Of a stretch of DNA of 64,000 nucleotides, positions 40,701-48,952 are shown piece by piece; positions within the stretch are counted from its first letter, which is position 1; every line of letters starts with the position of its first letter. A program made the position numbers and the translations under genes. The notes beneath the pieces were generated by a model. That model had not been told where the DNA came from and did not search any database. It saw only the letters and a program-made list of their open reading frames with translations. Location of the stretch: the NCBI GenBank assembly GCA_963662665.2, contig CAXXJS010000020.1, forward strand, positions 64,001-128,000, read 5' to 3'. The DNA is from Candidatus Latescibacterota bacterium. Its GTDB lineage: Bacteria; Latescibacterota; UBA2968; GCA-2709665.

Positions 40701-41377
40701 AACAGCTCGCCGTTGTCCTGCTCAGTGGTGGGTTGGACAGCTGCGTTACCGCCGCTGTCGCCCGACAGAATAACGACATTGCACTTCTTTTTCTCGATTA
40801 TGGCCACCGCACATGCGTCCGTGAACACCGTGCGTTTGTGGACATCGCCGACTATTACCGTGTAATCGAACGGCGTCGCCTGATCGCCCGTACAGATGCA
40901 CTCGAGAAAATCGGCGGCTCGGCGCTGACCGACCGGAACGTCCCGGTTCCCGACGCGAACATCGTCAGGAACGCCATCCCGGTTTCGTACGTGCCCTTCC
41001 GAAATGCCCTTTTCCTCAGCATGGGCGTTTCCTGGGCCGAATCCGTTGGCGCCACGAGCGTGTATCTGGGCGCGGTCGAAGAAGACAGTTCGGGATATCC
41101 CGATTGTACGCGGGCGTTTTGTGACGCGTTCGCTGCGGCGGTCGATCAAGGTACTCGCCCGGAATCCCGCATCAGAATCCTCGCTCCCGTCATCCACCTC
41201 AGAAAACACCAGATCGTCAGACTGGGTGTCGAACTGGGCGCCCCGCTTCACCTCACCTGGTCGTGCTATAGAAACAGCGACCGCGCCTGCGGTCGCTGCG
41301 ATAGCTGCATCCTCCGCCTGGAGGCTTTCCGGACGGCCGGCATCCCCGATCCCATCCTCTCCGACGACCGGGAATGA
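40697..41377 (+). CDS. queC: 7-cyano-7-deazaguanine synthase
   Basis: VVLLSGGLDS, YVPFRN, D.SGYPDC, TWSCY...CGRCDSC..R; GTGA overlap with the RND stop. Confidence 0.95.
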   Translation: MKQLAVVLLSGGLDSCVTAAVARQNNDIALLFLDYGHRTCVREHRAFVDIADYYRVIERRRLIARTDALEKIGGSALTDRNVPVPDANIVRNAIPVSYVPFRNALFLSMGVSWAESVGATSVYLGAVEEDSSGYPDCTRAFCDAFAAAVDQGTRPESRIRILAPVIHLRKHQIVRLGVELGAPLHLTWSCYRNSDRACGRCDSCILRLEAFRTAGIPDPILSDDRE

Positions 41378-41548
41378 CGGGCGTCCGTCAGGGTCGTTAC
41401 GTTACAGACCCGGATCAATCTCCTTTAAGAAACGCTTCTCGCCGTTCCTGATCGTCATGATTACAGCGCTCTTGGTTGGGTGCCGGCTTTCGTTGGAACG
41501 TGCGATACGTAACGAAGCTGAGCACAAAAAAAGATCCGGAACAGAACG

Positions 41549-42925
41549 TTAGTGGACCGCAGCAAGCGCTTCGTCCATCATCGAACGTCTCTCATGCGAA
41601 TCCATCCAGCGCTCTTGGATTTCGGGCGCAAGGCAGTCTATGGGATCGAAGTAGAGGAAATGCTCTCCCGGCCGAACAGTGGGACTTGCGAATACCGCAA
41701 TGCCCGTTTCTTCGTTGTAATGTTCGTAGGAGTGCCCGTCTCGCTTTCCGCCGCCACCCAGCGTGTCCACAATGAACGTCGGCGTGTTGAACCCGGCCGT
41801 TGCGCCGCGCAGGGACTTTTCAATTTCAAGACCGGCGCGCAGCGTTGTCCTCAGGTCCTCCACCCCCTGCACCAGATCGTGGAAGAACACATAATAGGGT
41901 TGTATGTTCAGGAAACTCAACCGCTTCACCAGTTGCTTCATCGTTTGCGTATCGTCGTTTACGCCGCGCTGAAGCACGGCCTGATTCCGTACCGTTACGC
42001 CCCGCTCCATGAGAAGGTCCATCGCATCCTGCGTGACTCCGGTCATCTCATCGGGATGATTGAAGTGGGTGTGCATGACCACTTCCTTGTGCATTCTCCG
42101 CCCCCGATCCACCACGCGTACGAGCGCGTCCACCCATTCTACATCGCTCAGGATCTTGCCCGGCATGACCGCAGGACCCTTGGTGGCAAACCGAAACCGC
42201 CGTATATGCGGTATATCCAACAGGGTCTCGCCCACCTCCCTGATCTGCACCGCTCTGAGATTGTATACGTCGCCGCCGCTGACCACCACGTCTTCAATCT
42301 CGGGGCGCGACCTCAAGTATTCAAACACACGACCCCAGCGGCTCTTGTTGGCGCCCAGATGCACCTTTTCCACGCCATCCGTATCGAGCCCCACGGCATA
42401 GCTGCGCGTGCAGAAACGGCAATAGACCGGACAGGTATCCAGCGTCAGGAAAAGTGCCCTGTCGGGATATCGGTGGGTAAGTCCGGGAACGGGGGAATCA
42501 CGCTGTTCGTTCAGAGAATCGAGGTGAAGCTCGGGGTGATCCGGCAGTTGCTGGGAGGCCAAGGGCAAAAACTGGGTTCTCAGCGGATCAGCGTACGGAT
42601 CATCCCAATCGATCAGGCTGAGGATATACGGCGAAATCCGTATGCTCATCGGCGCCCGGCCCAGCCCCTCGCGCAAGTCCTTGTAAAAGCCCGACCCTGC
42701 GAGTCCGCCAAGGACTTCCTGCAGACGCTCCACGCTTGTTGGTGAATTGCGGGCTTGAAAGAGGTGGGAGTGGAATGTTTCCGCGTCTACGTTCGCATAT
42801 TCCGGAATCCTCTGCCAGAACGCGTCCCTGCGTAAACGGCGATGTGCAAATACATCCTGCCGTTCAGCCCCGCCCGCCATAACACTGTCGTCAATATAGA
42901 CGCCTGCAGTCTCCATTACGGACAC
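41549..42925 (-). CDS. KamA-family radical SAM/PLP 2,3-aminomutase
   Basis: DPLR.Q..P, GLTHRYPDR, CPVYCRFC, SGGD, HFNHP.E, NQ.VL.RGVND, VD..GGGGK. Confidence 0.9.
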   Translation of the reverse strand: MSVMETAGVYIDDSVMAGGAERQDVFAHRRLRRDAFWQRIPEYANVDAETFHSHLFQARNSPTSVERLQEVLGGLAGSGFYKDLREGLGRAPMSIRISPYILSLIDWDDPYADPLRTQFLPLASQQLPDHPELHLDSLNEQRDSPVPGLTHRYPDRALFLTLDTCPVYCRFCTRSYAVGLDTDGVEKVHLGANKSRWGRVFEYLRSRPEIEDVVVSGGDVYNLRAVQIREVGETLLDIPHIRRFRFATKGPAVMPGKILSDVEWVDALVRVVDRGRRMHKEVVMHTHFNHPDEMTGVTQDAMDLLMERGVTVRNQAVLQRGVNDDTQTMKQLVKRLSFLNIQPYYVFFHDLVQGVEDLRTTLRAGLEIEKSLRGATAGFNTPTFIVDTLGGGGKRDGHSYEHYNEETGIAVFASPTVRPGEHFLYFDPIDCLAPEIQERWMDSHERRSMMDEALAAVH

Positions 42926-43095
42926 GATCCCTCTCAGTTAGGGTGTTCTATTGTCACGTCTGTCTCGGCGGCCTGCCTCTTTCCGTCGAGCCGCAATGGG
43001 TTTCAGGCGACCGCGGCAGTCATATAGCACGGGTGGCTGTTGCGCGTTGCTTTGCGAGGGAAACACCACGTGCCCGGGACCAATCGAAGCGACAT

Positions 43096-43123
43096 ATGAT
43101 ATCACGCTTGCGAAAATTGTCAA
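43096..43123 (-). promoter_or_regulatory. sigma70-type promoter for the KamA-like gene
   Basis: Minus strand TTGACA, 16 bp, TATCAT. Confidence 0.5.
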
Positions 43124-43241
43124 GGGTTTTCCCGCGTCGGCTCCCGTTTCCGGGAAATACTGCTTGTTCGAATTATTTATCCTTCTTATATTTCACAGGT
43201 TAGAGTGTGTCTCCTTCTTAATAAAGGAAAAACAGCAAACC

Positions 43242-46004
43242 ATGTCAAAACGAGCCCTAAGGTTTCTACTACCTCTGGCCGGATTGCTTCTGGGATATAC
43301 GGGCCTCCGCCTGATTGTCTTCTTCTATACCGACTGGCTCTGGTTTCAGAACCTCGGATACGGATCCGTTCTCGTCACCTCGGCCCTCGCCCGCCTTCTT
43401 GCCTTTTTCGCCTTCGGTTCCACATTTGCGGTCTTGGCGGTGGTTAACGTCAGCATTGCGCGCAAGTATGGCCGACACACCCGTGAGATGCCTCTCGAGG
43501 TCATTGTCGCCGACGCCGAACCAGTTCTGCCGGAAAGACGTAAGCGTCAATTAATCCTGTGGTCAGGTACAATTGCCCTGTTAACCTGCGTCGCCGGTCT
43601 CATCGGCGCTGCGGCATGGCTGCCGCTGCTGCGCTACTTCTATCCCGTTCCATTTGGATTCTCCGATCCCGTATTCGACAACGATCTCAGCTTTTACCTA
43701 TTCAGCCTCCCCGCGTACAACTTTGTGCAGGGTTGGCTGGCATTCGCCGTTGTCCTTACCATCATCCTTGTCAGCTTCTCATATCACCGGGACCGCGCGC
43801 TTTGCAAGGCAAAACGAGGCTGGTCATCCACACCGTACGTCCGTGCACACCTCTCCGTCCTGTCGGCAATTCTCGCGTTCGTCTGCGCCTGGTGGTACTG
43901 GCTCAAGGAATACGAAATTCTCTATTCCTTTCGCAAAGACACCTTCTTCGGCGCCGGTTATACAGACGTGCACGTTCAGGTATTCGCCTATCGGTTGATG
44001 ATGGTTCTGTCCGTCGTTCTCGGCGCACTGCTGATGTACAACCTGCGCAGGAAAAATTGGCGGCCGATCGCGTACGGAGGGAGCGCGTATTTCTCGGCGA
44101 TTATTCTGCTAAGCTGGATATTTCCAATTCTTTTTGAGCAATTCGTGGTAAAACCCGACGAATTGAGACTTGAAGAACCCTACATTCGACGAACCATTGA
44201 ATACACGCAGAGGGCGTACGGTCTGGATCGGATCGAGGAAGTCCCGTTTTCGGCGGAGTCCGATCTGGATTTTGAGGATATCCGGAACAATCTGCCCACC
44301 ATCCGCAACATTCCGCTCTGGGACCGTCGACCCCTGATCGCGACCTACAGCCAGCTTCAGGAAATCCGGTCCTACTATCGTTTCGGCAGTGTCGACGTGG
44401 ACCGCTATCCCATCAACGGCGAATACCAGCAAGTGCTGTTAGCCGCGCGCGAATTTTCGAGAGACCGGTTGGCAATCCAGGGGGAAACCTGGGTCAATCG
44501 TCACCTGGTCTATACTCACGGTTACGGCTTTTGCATGAGCCCGGCGAATAAGATCGGCGAAGAGGGCCTTCCGGAATTTTATGTCAAAGACATCCCGCCC
44601 AGACCGTCGGTCGACATCCAGGTCGATCGCCCCGAGATCTATTATGGCGAAGCCCGGCAGGATTACGTGATTGTCAATTCCAGGACCGAGGAATTCGACT
44701 ACCCTCGCGGCGACGAAAACGCTTACACAACCTACCGGGGCACAGGCGGCGTGCCCGTCAATTCTTTCCTTCGCCGGCTCCTGTTCGCCCTGCGTTTCGG
44801 GGACCCGTATCTGCTCGTCACGAAGAACCTGAAGCCCGAAAGCCGCATCCAGTTCGACCGGCACATCGGTCGTCGTTTTCGGGACGAAGGCCCCAGGCGT
44901 TTCCAGAAACTGGCGCCATATCTTCGTTTCGACAAAGACCCCTATCTCGTCACGGTAAACGGACGACTCGTCTGGATACAGGATGCCTACACCGAAAGCA
45001 ATATGTACCCATACGCGGAGCCCTACGGCAGACCCTACGTGCGTGAGGCCAACTACATTCGCAACGCCGTCAAGGCCACCCTCGACGCCTATGACGGCAC
45101 CGTCACGTTTTACGTGTGGGATCCTGACGATCCGCTCGTCCGATCCTACATGGAAATCTTCCCTGATCTCTATCGGCCGAAGGAGGCCATGCCCGAGGCG
45201 CTGCGCGCCCACGTCAGATACCCCGCAGATCTGTTTGAAATCCAGGCGTCTCTCTACAACACCTACCATATGGCCACGCCGCAGGTGTTCTACAACCGCG
45301 AAGACGTCTGGGAGCCGGCCATGGAAATCTACGGAGTTTCCGAACGCCCGCGGGTTATGGCACCCTATTACATTATCGTCAAACTCCCCGACGCCGACCG
45401 GGAGGAATTCGTGTTGATGCTGCCGGCCACCCCCGCCGGTAAAGCCAACATGATCGCGTGGCTTCTCGCCCGATGCGACGGGCCCAACTATGGCCGGCTT
45501 ATGGTTTACAAACTGCCCAAGGAAAAACTGATTTACGGTCCCATGCTGATCGAACGCCGTATCGATCAGGATACGGATATCTCACGTGAAATTACGCTTT
45601 GGAGCCAGAGAGGTTCGGACGTGCTCCGTGGCAACCTTCTCGTCGTTCCAATAGAAAACGGCTTCATCTATGTTGAGCCGCTCTACCTGAGGGCCACACA
45701 GCGCGGTATGCCCGAACTGAAGCGGGTATTGGTGTCGCACGGCGATAGACTTGTTATGGCGGAAGATCTGGAAAAGGCGTTGTATCTGGCCTTCGACGAG
45801 CAAGGAACCGTCCCGGATTTCCGTCACCGTCCCAAGCCGGAAACGACGGGGTTTCGAATACTGAGCCAAACCGCCCTCACGCAGTTCGACACGGCGCAGT
45901 CCCGGCTTCAAATGGGCGACTTCGCGGGCTACGGAGATGCCGTAGAAAGCCTGCGGAAGACACTTCAACAACTGCGGAGCGAGGCGGAGACAGAGGGGAA
46001 ATAA
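43242..46004 (+). CDS. UPF0182 family membrane protein
   Basis: YTDWLWF..LGY, DP.F..D.SFY.F.LP, GAGYTDV, DVDRY, HL.YTHG.G, NYIRN.VKA..DAY.G, LYVEP.Y. Confidence 0.93.
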   Translation: MSKRALRFLLPLAGLLLGYTGLRLIVFFYTDWLWFQNLGYGSVLVTSALARLLAFFAFGSTFAVLAVVNVSIARKYGRHTREMPLEVIVADAEPVLPERRKRQLILWSGTIALLTCVAGLIGAAAWLPLLRYFYPVPFGFSDPVFDNDLSFYLFSLPAYNFVQGWLAFAVVLTIILVSFSYHRDRALCKAKRGWSSTPYVRAHLSVLSAILAFVCAWWYWLKEYEILYSFRKDTFFGAGYTDVHVQVFAYRLMMVLSVVLGALLMYNLRRKNWRPIAYGGSAYFSAIILLSWIFPILFEQFVVKPDELRLEEPYIRRTIEYTQRAYGLDRIEEVPFSAESDLDFEDIRNNLPTIRNIPLWDRRPLIATYSQLQEIRSYYRFGSVDVDRYPINGEYQQVLLAAREFSRDRLAIQGETWVNRHLVYTHGYGFCMSPANKIGEEGLPEFYVKDIPPRPSVDIQVDRPEIYYGEARQDYVIVNSRTEEFDYPRGDENAYTTYRGTGGVPVNSFLRRLLFALRFGDPYLLVTKNLKPESRIQFDRHIGRRFRDEGPRRFQKLAPYLRFDKDPYLVTVNGRLVWIQDAYTESNMYPYAEPYGRPYVREANYIRNAVKATLDAYDGTVTFYVWDPDDPLVRSYMEIFPDLYRPKEAMPEALRAHVRYPADLFEIQASLYNTYHMATPQVFYNREDVWEPAMEIYGVSERPRVMAPYYIIVKLPDADREEFVLMLPATPAGKANMIAWLLARCDGPNYGRLMVYKLPKEKLIYGPMLIERRIDQDTDISREITLWSQRGSDVLRGNLLVVPIENGFIYVEPLYLRATQRGMPELKRVLVSHGDRLVMAEDLEKALYLAFDEQGTVPDFRHRPKPETTGFRILSQTALTQFDTAQSRLQMGDFAGYGDAVESLRKTLQQLRSEAETEGK

Positions 46005-46008
46005 GAGA

Positions 46009-46923
46009 ATGGCGGCTGTTGGTTCATCCAAATGGGCTTCGCTGGCAACAGAACAGCGCAATCCCGCCAGCGTATGTATCGACGAGGCATCCACCCTCAG
46101 GATCCTGGAGATCCTCAACGAGGAAGACCAGAGGGTCCCGAAAGCTGTAAATGCCGTTTTATCGCAGGTCTCGGAAGCCGTGGATCTCGTGGTCCGTGCG
46201 CTGAGAAACGGCGGCCGGCTCTTCTATGTTGGCGCCGGAACCAGTGGCCGGCTCGGTGTCTTGGATGCCGCTGAGTGCCCGCCCACGTTCGGAACCCCGC
46301 CCGAGACGGTACAGGGCATTATCGCCGGGGGAGAAGACGCGCTTCTCCGTACGGCGGAACGCGCCGAGGACCGCCCGGAAAACGGCGCGTCTCAACTGCG
46401 CCAACGACACCTGTCGGCGCGGGATATCGTCATGGGAATTGCCGCCAGCGGCGTGACACCCTTTGTGCTGGGGGCACTCGCCTACGCCCGTCGCAAGGGC
46501 GTGGCAACCGTCTTCTTCACCTGCAACCCCCACGCAGCGGTCCGGGTCGACGCAAAGATCAAGATTGTACCGGAAGTAGGTCCGGAAGTGGTTACCGGTT
46601 CGACCCGCCTGAAGGCCGGTACCGCAACCAAACTCGTCTTGAACATGATCACAACGGCAACCATGGTGAGGCTGGGCAAAGTGTACGGGAATCTGATGGT
46701 GGACCTCACTCCCACCTGTGCAAAGCTGAATGACCGGGCGCAGCGGATCCTGATGGAAACAACAGGACTCTCGCGCGGCGACAGCAGACGTTTGCTCGCG
46801 GCGGCCGGAGACGTCAAAACGGCCATTGTGATGACAAAAAGGGCCGTCTCAAAAGAGACAGCCCTTCAATTGCTCTCGAAGAACGACGGCATCGTAAAAC
46901 GCGCACTGGAGGACAGCCCCTGA
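46009..46923 (+). CDS. murQ: N-acetylmuramic acid 6-phosphate etherase
   Basis: TEQRN, GAGTSGRLGVLDAAECPPTF, GPEVVTGSTRLKAGTA.K, GKVYGNLMVD. Confidence 0.96.
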   Translation: MAAVGSSKWASLATEQRNPASVCIDEASTLRILEILNEEDQRVPKAVNAVLSQVSEAVDLVVRALRNGGRLFYVGAGTSGRLGVLDAAECPPTFGTPPETVQGIIAGGEDALLRTAERAEDRPENGASQLRQRHLSARDIVMGIAASGVTPFVLGALAYARRKGVATVFFTCNPHAAVRVDAKIKIVPEVGPEVVTGSTRLKAGTATKLVLNMITTATMVRLGKVYGNLMVDLTPTCAKLNDRAQRILMETTGLSRGDSRRLLAAAGDVKTAIVMTKRAVSKETALQLLSKNDGIVKRALEDSP

Positions 46924-46926
46924 TTC

Positions 46927-48474
46927 TCATTGCGCACGCGCCGATTTTTCGCCAATGGTGCTGTAGAAAGCCTTGACCATCCGATCCAGATATCCTTTGG
47001 CATTTTCCGCGGCGTCTCTTTCGATTACATACTCGGACTTGCCCACCAGCTTTAAACCGTGCCCGTAATCGTCGAACAGTGTATGGCAGAGCGCCTCAAC
47101 CGACATGCCGTCGCGGGATGCGGTTTCGGCCAGGACCGCTTTTGCGGAATCTGAAAACGTCAACGAAATTTCATACGCATTTAGAAACTGTGCAACATAC
47201 GACGAGATATCCCGGTGGACAAGCAACTGTTGCAACTCCAGTGTCGGGTTTTCCACAACATCGGAGGTAACGGTAAACGAACGGATGTCGGTTGACGGAA
47301 GGGCTTTTTCGAACTTCAACAACGCCCGTTCACAGACGCTCACCAGCGCCCGCGCCCCCGTCTGTTCGGTGGACGCCTGTTCGGCCAGCCGCCGCAGCGC
47401 GGCGTCTTCGAAGCTCAGGTCTATTCCATAGGCCAGGAAATCCCGCTTCTTTCCAAGAATGACGGAACTTGTCGGACTTTTCAGGATCTGATACAGATCC
47501 TCTACTGAAAGCGGCTCCAGAATGGCCACGACCGGCAGTCGCCCCACGAATTCGGACTCGAATCCGAACGCGATAAGGTCTTCCGTAACGGCCTGTTTCA
47601 AATAGGACATGCGGTCCGCCTCAAGGTTCTGGACTCGTTCCGTTTCGGCCTTGAATCCCATTCTGTTGCGATTGAGTCGGCGCTTGATCAGGTCCTCGAA
47701 TCCGTTGAACGCGCCGCTTACGATAAAGAGTATATTTCGTGTATTGATTTTCTTTCGTTCCATTTTTCCGCTTTGCTGATACTGCATCATGGCTTCCATC
47801 TGCGAAGCCAGATCATGGGGCGCTTTCAGGTCGACCTCGGTCTCTTCCATCAACTTCAACAGATTGCGCTGAACGCCGCTTCGCGAGACGTCCGGACCCA
47901 CCAGGTTGGGGGTTGAAGCGATTTTGTCGATCTCGTCCACGTAGATGATACCGTACTGGGCCTTATCTATGCTGCCGCCGGCCTCGCGCACCAGTTCGCG
48001 CACCAGGTCTTCGACGTCGCCACCGACATATCCGGTCTCGCTGAACTTGGTTGCATCGCCCTTCACGAAAGGAACGCCGATACGATGGGCGATCAATTTG
48101 ATGAGATACGTCTTACCCACGCCCGTCGGACCGATCAGCAGGATGTTGTTTTTGATGTTACCCACGGAACGGTGTTCGAATTCAGGATCTTCCCGATCCA
48201 GCTTCATCCGGTTGAAGTGGGTGCAGATCTTGGTGGCTAACACTTCCTTAGCTTCGTCCTGCTTGATCACGTACTCGTCAAGAAAGGCTTCGAGTTCCTC
48301 CGGCTTCAGGTCGAAATCTATGGTCTCATCCTGTGTATCCTGCGTACGCGGACCTTCATTGCTGCCTTCGGCCTCCGTCTGCGGAAACACAACCTGAGCG
48401 CCATACTTCTGTTCGATCAGGTCCTTGAGATCTTTCTGCAGCTCTTTGGGATTCACGGGTCGTTGTTCCGGCAT
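46927..48474 (-). CDS. ClpX-like AAA+ unfoldase lacking the N-terminal Zn-binding domain, with C-terminal extension
   Basis: K.NILLIGPTGVGKT, DAT..SETGYVG.DVE, IIYVDEIDK, NILFI.SGAF, MGF loop, EFVGRLP, TGARAL. Confidence 0.88.
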   Translation of the reverse strand: MPEQRPVNPKELQKDLKDLIEQKYGAQVVFPQTEAEGSNEGPRTQDTQDETIDFDLKPEELEAFLDEYVIKQDEAKEVLATKICTHFNRMKLDREDPEFEHRSVGNIKNNILLIGPTGVGKTYLIKLIAHRIGVPFVKGDATKFSETGYVGGDVEDLVRELVREAGGSIDKAQYGIIYVDEIDKIASTPNLVGPDVSRSGVQRNLLKLMEETEVDLKAPHDLASQMEAMMQYQQSGKMERKKINTRNILFIVSGAFNGFEDLIKRRLNRNRMGFKAETERVQNLEADRMSYLKQAVTEDLIAFGFESEFVGRLPVVAILEPLSVEDLYQILKSPTSSVILGKKRDFLAYGIDLSFEDAALRRLAEQASTEQTGARALVSVCERALLKFEKALPSTDIRSFTVTSDVVENPTLELQQLLVHRDISSYVAQFLNAYEISLTFSDSAKAVLAETASRDGMSVEALCHTLFDDYGHGLKLVGKSEYVIERDAAENAKGYLDRMVKAFYSTIGEKSARAQ

Positions 48475-48501
48475 CGATCTCCATCTCCACGTTTGGGCCG
48501 C

Positions 48502-48668
48502 TTAACAGTCCGTTGAAAAAGTCGCTCTGCAGGCGAGGCCGAGTCATTTTGGCCGAAGACAAGGCGCGCGACCGCGTCGAATCAGGGATTCGAGGAGGGA
48601 GCGAAACGCAGTAATTCGGCCACAAGGGCCGGACGCAGCCCGGATGGACTTTTTCAACGGGCTGTTAA
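48502..48668 (-). mobile_element. MITE-like element, copy 2 (167 bp)
   Basis: TTAACAGTCCGTTGAAAAAGTC ... GACTTTTTCAACGGGCTGTTAA, a near-perfect 22-bp inverted repeat; homologous to 16663-16815. Confidence 0.88.
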
Positions 48669-48700
48669 GGCCGCATCCGACTCAATTTCATGGGCGAGTA

Positions 48701-48729
48701 AGAATACCAGGTCCAACCTGAAATGTCAA
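48701..48729 (-). promoter_or_regulatory. sigma70-type promoter for the clpX-like gene (MITE would lie in its leader)
   Basis: Minus strand TTGACA, 17 bp, TATTCT. Confidence 0.6.
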
Positions 48730-48952
48730 GGAGTTCAATACTTTACCATCCCTCACCGGTTCCTGATTCCGGACGGGCGCTCCCGCGCACGAACCCCGAG
48801 GCGGTCTCAGGTCTTAATTCGGCCGGACGCGCCGGTTCACCCGCGTCGTCGTTTCCCGCATTGTGGGTGGGGGTATCAGATGATCCCTGTGGCGGCGGCA
48901 GTAAGTAAACCGCGGGACTCACACTTCTGAATTCCGATGCGAGTATTGACCC

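Noticed and set aside
40697-41377. queC as a Dpd/QatABCD/CBASS type IV defence component
   Set aside because: Canonical short QueC with no dpd, TatD, TGT or cyclase neighbours.
41552-42745. 397-aa ORF on the + strand
   Set aside because: Antisense to the KamA-like gene; His/Pro/Arg-rich composition typical of shadow frames.
42926-43090. Possible riboswitch in the ~165-nt leader of the KamA-like gene (hairpin, CGCAAAGC)
   Set aside because: Does not match lysine, SAM or c-di-GMP aptamer consensus by eye; an Infernal/Rfam scan would be needed.
43156-43171. ATAC-N5-GTTCG near the UPF0182 promoter as a further SOS-like box
   Set aside because: The spacer is 5 rather than 4 bp, so the match is weak.
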